A DNA stretch of 64,000 nucleotides from Pristiophorus japonicus (Eukaryota), in NCBI RefSeq assembly GCF_044704955.1, contig NW_027251843.1:682001-746000 (forward strand), read 5' to 3'. The notes beneath the pieces are model-generated. The model did not search any database, was not told the origin of the DNA, and was given only the letters and a program-made list of their open reading frames with translations. Position 1 is the stretch's first letter, and each line of letters begins with the position of its first letter. The translations under genes and the position numbers were made by a program. Below, in pieces: positions 48,905-60,100 of the stretch.

Positions 48905-50012
48905 GAGCGAATCGAGCCAAGGGTACGAGAGGAGGTGGACGTTGTGGATAGGCCTGTGGATGGCCATTATTATTAAAGGATTGGGAGATCGGGGAGACAC
49001 CGAGACATTCCTTACACACGGGTGTATGGGAGGAACCGGCCCCACTGTAACTCAAGGGGGAGCCATACGGAGCAACAAGGGCACAAACACCTCTGCTCAC
49101 ACTGGGAGCTGGCCAGGGTGGTTAGGGTCAAATTCGACCAAGTACTCCAGACAAACCGAGGGTAAACTTGGGGAGGTGTCAGTGTCCTGCCCCAGGGTAA
49201 ACATCACGGCCAGGAATGTACGGGTGAGAGAGGGGAGACGAGTTTGTCTGGAATGTAAAGGGATTGCCCCCATGGGAGGGTGGTGGTGGTTACAGAAAAC
49301 AGTCAGGGGAAAAGTTAATGCATCCACAGAATGGGAGAAACTGGGTAAAAACTCAAACAGGCGGAGCAGAGGAACAAGAGAAGGGGTGAAATTGTGTTGG
49401 GAAAAGTGGTGGAAGGAGGAACAAGGGATTTATGTCTGTGTGGTTGGATCTAGCCACAAGTGCAGGGGAGGTGTGGGGATTGTTTTTAAATGACAATGGC
49501 AGGATTCCGGGTCAGGAATGAATTGGACGCAGGGTTTTGATTCCTGTGTGACCTTGACCAAAGGCAGTCAATGCGATCGAACTGATTGCGAGCAGATTAA
49601 AACCTCTCCCTAAAATGCTGAAAGATTCTTCCTTTTGTTTCAAACCCCAGGTTGAGGCACAGTTAGCACAAGAAAGAATAATTCCTATCTCAGACCACAA
49701 ACATATCCGTATTACAGTCAATGATACGTTACGAACCTCCAGGGATACATATCGCGTGTTGGATACTATATCCCACCGTTACCCAAACATTTGACTGAAC
49801 TGTTAAAGAACATCGAGTTGTCCCACAAACATTATTACACGTTACAACAAAAGAATGAAAAAGTAAGGGTGGATATTGAGGAAATGATTGCCCCTCCACA
49901 GTGGGATGTGGGACTCAATATTGAGATCCCCTCCTGGGTTCGAATCGTATCACACTTGTTAGTAATTGTACAGTTGGTAATAGTGTTGTATCTATTCGTC
50001 TTGTCCTGTTAA
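48905..50012 (+). pseudogene. env-position gene of B: hydrophobic leader, Ig-like domain, heptad region and TM helix (disrupted)
   Basis: Acceptor TTTCTTTCATTTTTGTCTTTATAG at 48904; VREGRRVCLEC..WWW..VKLCW..EEQGIYVC; C-terminal IVSHLLVIVQLVIVLYLFVLSC. Confidence 0.7.
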
Positions 50013-51074
50013 TTAAAACAAAAGATGAGGGAAGGGAATCTTGAAAGGTTATTAAAATCAACCAAGGCGAAAGTGTTTGTAAAAGTATAAACTGAAGTCA
50101 GATGGATTAAGGACAAACATTGTTATGTTGTAAAAAGTATGTAATATGGAGATTTGACTGAAGACTGCAATACACCCAAAAGAGCTCAAGGGAAAGAAGA
50201 AGAAGCCACCTAGAGTAATGTCTCTGAGTTTATAACAAGAGATATTAAAGGGGGAAGTGTAAGGGTTATATGTTTCGTGATCGAGGCACAGCAAGAGGCC
50301 ATGGACTAAAATGGCTTAAAAGAAAACCTTTGGGACTGTTGGGCAGGAGAAAGAGCACCAGCCTGGGGCAGGTGATGACTGATCACTGATTAATGTGATT
50401 TCTGGGGTCAGGAGTGAGACCCGATTAACATCGAGACAAAGGGTTTGATACAATCAAGCAGAGCAGCCCATGTATTCATTGGCCGGAGGGGAAAACCAGT
50501 TCCCTCTGGAGACTCCAAGTCTGTGAAAACCCAGGACAACAAAGGATCCCACAAGGCATGCATTCTTGGATAACGGAGCACAAAAGATAAGCAGTTATCT
50601 TTTGCCCCGTCGATTCCATGTGTGAATTGTGGCCGTCCGAACAGATCCAGACCCATCACCACAGCCATCGAGGCTCATCCAGCTGCATTAACTGAAAGGC
50701 AGCCCAGCAGGAGATGTGTATAATCGAATGGATATATCTGTAAGAGCTGAGAACAAAGGTTCAGAGAGAGGAAGAACAGGTTGAAGAAACATCTCAAACC
50801 AGCAGGTCAATGAACTGCAGCCACGAAGCAGGAGCAGGGCCACAACACCTTCCCTCGCTCCACGAGCCGACAATGGACAACAGTAGCAACTGGCTGGATG
50901 GGCGATTGTATGTCTTCGGTCAATCTCTAAGAAGTCTTGTTCTGTAATGTTTAATTGTTTTTTGTGTAATAAACTAACAGTTGGGTTTAAGCCTAAACTT
51001 TGCATTACGTGGAGTCCTTCCTGTAATTCCCGAGGTCTATGAATCAGAGTAGAGTGGAAAACCAACACCCTACA

Positions 51075-53004
51075 GCACATGAGCTCATGACCGCGAGGTA
51101 AACCGGGACAGGTTGGTCCAGAATCTGTTTGATGTTTTAAAACAGATTCACTGGCAGGCAGCCAGTAACCTGGGGAACCAGCACCGGGAAACATCGGTTG
51201 CTACTCGAGCCCCGGAGAAGCCACGAGTGGAAGGTGGGAGACCAGGTAATGTTCAGGAACTGTACCCGAGTGGGGGCATTCGAGCCACTGTACATGGGGC
51301 CTTATAACATCGTAGATAAGGCCAGCCCCATGGTATATGCAGTCAGACTCCCGAAACATACAAAATGCTGCCATATCAACCAATGTACGTTGTTTAACCC
51401 CGAGGAGGGGGGAAGACAAAGGCAAAGAGAAGCCAGGGCACGATAATGAGCCTGGTGGACGCTGGTCTTCCTCCCATGGTGTAGGACGATGATGATGACC
51501 CAGAGGGCGGGACAGTAAGGAGAAACAGTCGGATACCACGGCCTAGGGCGCCGTGGATGCCTCCTTACTCACCAGCCGCGAGCCGCAAGATGCCCCAACA
51601 GGAGAGATTTTAACCGGGGGCACTTGATAACGTGGAACGAACTGCATATATATGTAAATAATGAAAGCCCGACCTGTGGAGGGAAAAAGCGCTCACAGAA
51701 CGGTGGTGTTGTATCTGTTTGTCTGAATCAGGAAATCAGAAGAAACGGGAGCCCGGGTGTAATTGATCAGTTATGGACCCACAATGCACCTCCCGCAGCA
51801 GAAGACGACGGAATCGAGATATTTCTAGTTTTGGTGACAAAATATCATCAGGGGGATTGTAGCACCAGCTTTCTGGCCATTTCTATCAACAATACTTTAA
51901 ATCCTGAAATCCAAATCCCCAAGAAAGAACTGTCCTGTTTGGCGAGCTTGTGGGGGTGGCACTAAGCTGCATTCATATACAACCGGACATTTCACACTGA
52001 CAGGCTGGGTAACAGGGGACCCAGGCCCATTGATGTCATCATCATCTAAAGTGATTCCTGGGAACAATACCCCGAGAGGTAACTCAAAGACACTGTGCCT
52101 TCGCATTATTAAAGCACAGTCACCACTCAATCCCAACCCAAACTGGTGCAAGGCAGGAAATGGCCGGGCCGTTGTCTTCCAGGAGATAAACCGGTTAAGT
52201 AAGATCGGTTTGTGATCGAAACACATTACCTGCTAATGGGGGCCATCAACTCAGGAAACGACAGACATCCAGTACTCAGCACCCATTGTCTCTCCAAATG
52301 CAAGGCCTGGGAGCGGGAAAACAAAATATCATTTTTCACAAACATTTCAAAGGCTACGAGCCACTCCAGACCACGGGGGGAGCGGGGGGAGGAGGGGTCC
52401 AGACAGATCACCGGAGTCAATTCATCGGTCAGTATTGGTGGGCGGAAGAAGTGATGAGTTTTGGGGATAGAAGGAGCCACTTTGCAACAAACTCCAGCTC
52501 AGGTGGAAGAACGCTATGGAAAAAGCTCCGGAAAAAGCCCAGGAAAAAGCTCCGGTTAAAGCTCCAGAAAAGCCCAGGAAAAAGCCCAGGAAAAAGCCCA
52601 GGAGTGAGACGTTCAGGAAGAAGCTGCAAGCAAGACAACGGGCAATCAGGGTGAGCATATTGCCTGCGCCTACACATCCACAAGACCACTTAGCTGTGTG
52701 AGGGGGTGATTGTAAGTCCCAACCAAACCCAAGGGGTTTAGTGCTGGGGGGTGGTCCTGTGTTAGTTTATTTCACGGGAGGGTTCTTTTATTAAGCCGTG
52801 GTAACTTAGCATGGCAGGGCTTATTGGACAAGCCAGGGTTGTACTGTTTTGCACTGTTTATGAGTGGTGTTGTTAATCTTATTAAACACAATACGGTTGA
52901 ACCCGAAAAACGTGTGTCTGAGTCTCATCTGTCCATATAATCTCTATCGTCCAGAACTTGTAGTAGGAGGTGCGTTTTTGGTACGGCTGAGAGAACCACC
53001 TACA
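51075..53004 (+). mobile_element. Duplicate of the 3' end of element A (IN C-terminus + about 1.38-kb LTR from about 51625)
   Basis: Reverse complement of about 22737-24690. Confidence 0.92.
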
Positions 53005-53009
53005 GGCAA

Positions 53010-53390
53010 CCCCTCAGTACTGCCCCTCCGACAATATACCACTCCCTCAGTACTGCCCCTCCGACAGTGCAGCACTCCCTCAGTACTGCCCCTCCGACAG
53101 TGCAGCCCTCCCTCAGTACTGCCCCTCTGACAGTGCAGCACTCCCTCAGTTCTGCCCCTCCAACAGTGCAGCACTCCCTCAGTGCTGCCCCTCTGACAAT
53201 GCAGCACTCCCTCAGTACTGCCCCTCTGACAGTGCAGCACTCCCTCAGTACTGCCCCTCTGACAGTGCAGCAATCCCTCAGTACTGCCCCTCCAACAGTG
53301 CGGCACTCCCTCAGTACTGCCCCTCTGACAGTGCAGCACTCCCTCAGTACTGCCCCTCTGACAGTGCAGCACTCCCTCAGGACTGCACAG
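53010..53390 (-). repeat. 33-bp DeuSINE minisatellite, about 11 units
   Basis: Inverted paralog of 22060-22730. Confidence 0.93.
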
Positions 53391-53599
53391 TAGTGTATGT
53401 CTTTATTTTGCACTCAGGTCCCTGGAGTGGGGCTTGAACCCACGATACAACATTGCATCACTGGATGCCGCACAGTCTGAGCTGTGAGTCATATCCCGAC
53501 CTCAGTTGGAACAGCTAACTCAGAACAAACAACAACAGCAACTTTTATACAGCACCTTTAACACAGTAAAACTCCCCGAGTGCTTCACAGGAGCATTGT

Positions 53600-54890
53600 T
53601 GTTATGTATTTAACCCCTTTTAACATTGTAACCTGCTTCACACCTGCCCACCAGAGGGCCTACCTGTTGGAGTCCCAAGGGATCCCAGCATCCCTTGGCA
53701 GTACAGTATATAAGCAGGCCACCCACGAGGTACCTGCACTCTGGAACTACAATAAAGGAGCTAAGGTCACACTTGCTCATTACACACAGTAATCGGTCTG
53801 AGCATTTATTATGAGCATAACAATTGGTGACGAGATAACGAACCGCGCGTAAATGCAAAGAACAGTTGGCATCCTGGAGAAGTTCTCACAGGGGGATGAT
53901 AGGGAGGACTATGTGGAGAGACTCGACCAATACTTCTTAGCCAACAAGCTGGAAGGGGACGAGAACGCGACCAAACGAAGGGCGATCCTCCTAACCGTCT
54001 GTAGGGCCACTACCTATGGCCTCATGAAGAATCTCCTGGCCCCGGCTAAACCAACAGATAAATCCTATGAAGAACTGTGTACGCTGGTCCGGGAGCACCT
54101 AAATCCTAAGGAAAGCCTTTTGATGGTGAGATATCGGTTCTACACGTGTCAACGATCAGGGGACCAGGAACTGGCAAGCTACGTCACCGAACTAAGGCAT
54201 CTTGCAGAACATTGTGAGTTTGAGGCATTCCGAGAACAAATGCTCAGAGACTTTTTTGTACTGGGTATTGGACATGAGACAATCTTTCGCAAGCTTGTTG
54301 ACTGTAGAAACTGCGAATCTGAATAAAACCATAACGATAGCCTAAGCATTTATGTCCACCAGCGACAACAGCAAGCAGATTTCGCAGAACAAAGAAGTTT
54401 TGGCCAGTACTGTGCATAAAGTAACATCGGTTTTGAGCAGAAATGTACATGGCAGAATGTACACACTGGCTGCTGTGGCCTGACCTCAATTGACCCAGAA
54501 TCAGTCATCATCTGTTAATGCGAGGCAGTTAACACCCTGTTGCTGCTGCGGAGGTGATCATCGGCCCCATCAATGCCGCTTTAAACACTATGCATGCAAT
54601 GGTTGCAGAACAAAGGGACACCTCCAACGAATGTGCAGGCGAGCTGCAAACCCTGCAAACCACCACGTTGCAGAGGAAGATCAGTCCACAGTGGATCAGA
54701 TGGAATTGAAAACTCATACTGAGGAGGCAGAGGTGTATGGGGTACACACGTTCACAACGCAATGCCCACCAATAATGTTGAAAGTTGAACTGAATGGTAT
54801 TCCAGTGTCAATGGAGCGGTACACGGGAGCAAGTCAGTCCATAATGAGTAAAATAGCCTTCGACAGGCTGTGGGGGAAGAAGGCACCCAG
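53600..54890 (+). mobile_element. Gypsy LTR retrotransposon 5' part (LTR 53600-53822, PBS, gag, partial protease)
   Basis: TGTTATG..CATAACA; TATAAG and AATAAA; TGGTGACGAG; YVERLDQYF, two CCHC-like knuckles. Confidence 0.9.
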
Positions 54891-54928
54891 ATCCGTCTGC
54901 TCCACTGTGGACCGATCTTCCTCTGCAA

Positions 54929-55276
54929 TGCAGGAAGAATGTTCCCAATGTTGGGGAAGTCCAGAACCAGGGGACACAGTCTAAGGATAAGGGGGAAGCC
55001 AATTAGGACCGAGATGAGGAGGAATTTCTTCACCCAGAGAGTGGTGAACCTGTGGAATTCTCTACCACAGAAAGTTGTTGAGGCCAATTCACTAAATATA
55101 TTCAAAAAGGAGTTAGATGAAGTCCTTACTACTAGGGGAATCAAGGGGTATGGTGAGAAAGCAGGAATGGGGTACTGAAGTTGCATGTTCAGCCATGAAC
55201 TCATTGAATGGCGGTGCAGGCTAGAAGGGCCGAATGGCCTACTCCTGCACCTATTTTCTATGTTTCTATGTTTCTA
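54929..55276 (+). mobile_element. Young CR1 3' end
   Basis: RNFFTQRVV..; (TTTCTATG)n tail. Confidence 0.93.
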
Positions 55277-55281
55277 TATTT

Positions 55282-57141
55282 CTAAAGATTAAGTATTTCA
55301 GGCGGCCGACGTTCTCTCGTGGAGCGTCGCAGTTGGGGTTCTGGTTGTTGAGCCTTGGTATGCGTCTCTGTCACCTGTGGTGATTCCGGCTTGTCCGGGC
55401 TGGCCACAGGAACTGTGCATGCTGCTGAATGTTCTTGATGCTCGTTCACTGGCAGTGGTGTGGGCAGCATCTCATGATCTTCCTCAGGTTCCTCAGTGTC
55501 CATGCTGAACCTTTTTTTTACTTGGTCCACATGCTTGTGGCATATCTGTCCATTTTTAAGTCTGACCATTATGACCCTATTCCCCTCTTTACCAATTACA
55601 GTACCCTCAAGGCACTTGGGCCCCAAAGCGTGATGAAGAACAATACAGGGTCATCGATTTCTATACATCTCCCCTTTGAGTTACGGTCATGGCACTCATT
55701 TTGGGACTGGCGCTTGCCCTCAACAATGTCTGACAGGACTGGATGAATGAAGGACAGCCGAGTTTTAAGTGTACGTTTCATGAGTAGTTCCGTGGGCGGG
55801 ACTCCCGTGAGTGAATGTGGTCGGGACTTTTAGGCCAGCAGGAGGCACGATAGGCGGCATTGAAGAGAGGGTCCTTGAATCTGGAGCATGCCTTGTTTTA
55901 TGATTTGGACCGCACGTTCTGCCTGGCCATTGGAAGCCAGCTTGAACGGTGCTGTCCTGACCTGTTTGATGTCATTACCTGACATGAACTCCCGGAATTC
56001 ATAGCGAGTGAAACACGGGCCATTGTCAATAACCAGGATGTCCGGCAAGCCGTGGGTCGCTAAGACCACATGCAGACTCTCCACAGTGGTGGATGTCATG
56101 CACGAATTCAATATGATGCACTCGATCCATTGAGGAACAACAATGAGGAACATTTTTCCCATGAATGAGCCCGCGTAGTCTACGTGAATACGTGACCATG
56201 GCCTGATGGGCAAGGGCCACGGACTGAGTGGGGCCTCCCTGGGGGCATTGCCCAGCTGGATACACGTCGTGCACCTATGAACACAGTGTTCCAGGTCCGA
56301 GTCAATTCCCGGCCACCATACATGTGACCGGGCAATGGCCTTCATTAGCATGATGCCTGGGTGGTCACTGTGGAGTTCCCTGATGAATGCTTCCCTACCC
56401 CTCTGGGGCATGACTACCCGGCTGCCCCATAGTAGGCAGTCGGCTTGGATGGAGAGCTCATCCATCTGTCTGTGAAACGGTCTGACCTCCTCGGGGCATG
56501 CTCCATGTGCGGGCGCCAAATCCCCAGGCAGGACACATTTCTTAATCAGGGATAGGAGGAGATCTCTGTTGGTCCAGATTTTGATCAGGCGGGCTGTGAT
56601 GGGGGAGCCTGCACTGTCAAAGACATCAATGGCCATGACCATCTCAGCGCTTTGCTCCGCTGCCCCCTCTGTGTTGGCCAGTGGAAGCCTGCAGAGCGTA
56701 TCAGCACAATTTTCGGTGTCTGGCCGGTGCCGTATGGTGTAGTCATACGCAGCCAGCGTTAGAGCCCATCGCTGTATGCGAGCTGACACATTGGCATTGA
56801 CAGCTTTGTTGTCTGACAACAGGGTTGTTAATGGCTTGTGGTCCGTTTCTAACTCGAACCTTCTGCCAAAAAGGTACTGGTGCATCTTTTTCACCCGTAG
56901 ACATATGCGAGTGCTTCCTTTTCAACCATCCCATATCCCCGTTCTGCTTGGGAGAGCGACCTGGAGGCATAAGCCACAGCTTGGAGTTGGCCCTCATCAT
57001 TACTCTGCTGCAACACGCACCCAACCCCATAGGATGGTGCATCACATGTCAAATCCAATTTTTTACAGGGTTTGTACAGGGTCAACAGCTTATTTGAACA
57101 AAGCAGGTTCCACGCTCGATTGAAAGCCCGTTCCTGACAGA
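55282..57141 (-). mobile_element. Gypsy pol fragment (RNase H + integrase)
   Basis: CDAPSYGVG, EKEALA, TDHKPL, LHSDHPG, HVDYAG, DNGPCF, SNGQAERAV, LRRSTRERRPP. Confidence 0.93.
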
Positions 57142-60100
57142 TGTCGAAATCTCGACCTCCGATAAATGACTCAGACACCTTTAGCTCCGGCAGAAGTTTC
57201 TTTAATTTACTTGCTAGCAAGGAAAAGGTTACACTCAGTCAAGGGCTAAGTGAACACCTCCCAAATGGTACAGTTTCACAAGATATTTATACAGTAAAAC
57301 CCAAGTTATGGCCTCTCCCTGTGTATTGGCTCTGTCTCGCAGTCAGTGAATACAGATAAAGAGTTAATTACTACATCCTTGTCCTGACATGGTTTCCAGA
57401 TATTTCCTTTTGTCAGGGTTATTAGTTGGCCAGCTGGCCATTATTCGATGAGAGTGTGGTAATGAGCTATTACCTGCCTTGCATTGTGTCAGGATTGTCC
57501 AGTTTCCTGGTCAGTTATCTTTTTGCATCAAATGGATGAGGTCTCTACAAGAGATAATGGCTGGTGGTTTGAGTACTTTGAAAAAGGTGGGGTGGCGTGG
57601 AACTGGTGTCGTATAGACAATAGGAGAGCAGCATGGGCGGGTACTTGTCTCAGCCGGACTTGCCTCCTAGCTGTCTGGTGGCTATCAGCCTTTTCAAGCC
57701 AGGTTTAGCTATTTATGCAAGCCGACTGCTTTATGCAGAAATTTCTGGAAGGACCAGGACTCCATTGTGTTATATATTAAAAAGGGCACAAAAATACCGT
57801 GTGGTATCAGCTTAGATAAAAATACATTTCCACATTTCCCCCATTTTGTCCTTCACAAGGACAACTTAATCCATTCTGATCTTGTACAGTCTCTCCATTT
57901 CCATTTCCACACAAGAGCCTTCAGCAGTTGTTGCTACCATAACTCTAGCCGTGGTCTCAGTAGGTAACATAGTTTTTCCCACCCTGGCACAGCAACACTT
58001 AACGACGACAAATAATAGATGGAGGGCGAAGACTATCAGCAGGAATATGATCAAACCCTGTACCACAGATCTCCCTAGGGATCCCAACCATCCCGATGCC
58101 CACCCCACAAGGTGATATCATCCTGGCCAACTGTCTGTTTATACTCTGTTACCTTTTTCCTAATGTATTCAGCTAGACTGCCGATTTCTTCTGATTTATC
58201 CGAGATATACTTACAGCATTCTCCACCTATTAATGCGCATGTCCCTCCTTCCTTGGCTAGGAGATAATCTAAGGCCATACGATTTTGGAGAGCCACTGTT
58301 CGAATAGTTACCATTTCATCATTAACCCCTTCGAAGGCTTGGGAAGTCGTGTTGGCTACTGATTCGACTAAGTTAGCCAGTTCCCGTAACTGCCATTTGG
58401 TTGATGCTATTCCATAGGGTGGCACCATTACCTTGAATATTCCGTTTAGCCATGTCAAATCCATTTAAGTCTATGACTTCCATCGGCATCCCTTAGAGTC
58501 TTTATTGATCTGATAAAGGGTACCACATATCCTAAGTAACAGGACCCTGTCTAGTTGGCTGGTAACCATGGGTAGGCTTTATGGCCACAAATAAAGTAGG
58601 TGCAATTATAGGACATCAGCTCCTGGTCCTTTCGCACTGTCCCTACTCGAATGGTCTCATCTTCCCACCCTTCACCTGGGGCTTTGTTATGGACCATTGT
58701 CCAGCCAACAGTTGCTATCTTTCTCCCATCAGTGGGATTAGTTGTGGCTTGCCATTTAATCATTTGGGAACACTTGCTGCGTCCCATTTCTGGTCCTTTA
58801 GTCTCATTACTCACTAGGCATATTATACCTTCAGGATTTCCTATTCCGGGAGTAATACTTAGGAAGGGTGGCTGACGGTTATTATTATAATTGGGCTGGT
58901 ACCATCCCTGGAAGGCTGTAAGTTTATACCCTGCCGACCTCCATTCTGTTTGCTCCTTCGTTTCTGACACCTTGGTTAGGTTTGTCCTATTTTGCACTAT
59001 CAACCATTCTACCATTTCTGATTCGTTAAAGGGGACAGATCTCAGGGGAATACCCCCTTTGGAGTGGACAGGTACATGGGAACATATCCAACAACTTTCT
59101 TGAGCATACGTATGACTCAGTGCCATAAATACGTTTACTTGCAGTTCCCTTCGGTGGCGTGTCTGATCCCCTGGTATAATCAATAATGCAAATTAAAATC
59201 CTGTCAAGCCCAGCACCATCAGTCCCCATAGTCCATACAGTTCCTTATTCAGTCTTCCTTTTTCTGTTCCTCTGGTTCCTTCTTCCCTTCCTCCTGGTTG
59301 GGTGCCCTTTTGCAATGGGACGCATGGATCCATGTTGGTTTTTCCTTTACCTTGATTGCAGTATTAGTCGCCAGCAAGACCTGGTATGGTCCTTCAAATC
59401 TTGGCTGTAAACTGCTTTTTCTTTTAAAGATTTTGATGTAAACGAATTCCCGGGCTCCAGGTTATAACACTTCCCTTCCGCTGGCTCGACTTGAGCTTCC
59501 TTTACCTGTGAATGAAACTGGAAATACATTTGGTTAGTGCAATACAATAACTCAACATATTTTTCTCCATTTTGTGGATGTCCATTTGTTTTGCAGTAAA
59601 TGGTGCTGTAAAAGGTAGTCATTGGGGACGTCCCATAACTATCTCATGCGGTGACAGGCCTGCTGTTCTGCTGGTTGCAGATCGCATTACCATCAAAGCT
59701 AAGGGCAGCAGTTCTGTCCATTTCAGTCCAGTGTCATTGCATAATTTTGCGAGCTTATTTTTAAGCATTCCATTTTATCTTTCAACAAGTCCAGCTGATT
59801 GTGGATGATAACTGCAATGAAAACGTTGATTAATCTGTAAAGCTTTACACATTTCTCTTATAACAGCCCCCGTGAAATGTGACCCATTATCACTAGAAAG
59901 TTTAGCAGGGATTCCGAAGCGCGGTACAATTTCTTTTAACAAACATTTAGCAACAGTAGTGGCATCAGCCTTTTTACATGGAAAGGCTTCAATCCATCTA
60001 GAGAACACATCTACAATAACTAATACATACTTGAATCCCATACACATAGGTAATTCAATAAAATCCATTTGTAAATGTACAAAAGGCCCGACTGGATTTG

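Larger units (their letters stand above)
38710..51074 (+). mobile_element. Retrovirus-like LTR element B (lokiretrovirus-like) with env remnant
   Basis: 5' LTR 38710-42478 (split by Harbinger), PBS 42484-42501, gag-pro-pol, env-like region, PPT 50247-50257, 3' LTR 50258-51074 (TGT..ACA). Confidence 0.88.

Noticed and set aside
48237-49100. 287-aa antisense ORF in element B
   Set aside because: Non-ATG start, no motifs, and not conserved in element A.
49200-49490. Ig V gene segment of the kappa locus
   Set aside because: No WYQQ/YYC framework, RSS or leader intron; it is embedded in an LTR element.
51624-51965. Accessory ORF in the U3 of element A
   Set aside because: Starts at TTG, has no recognisable domain and is frameshifted in the 23760-24083 copy.
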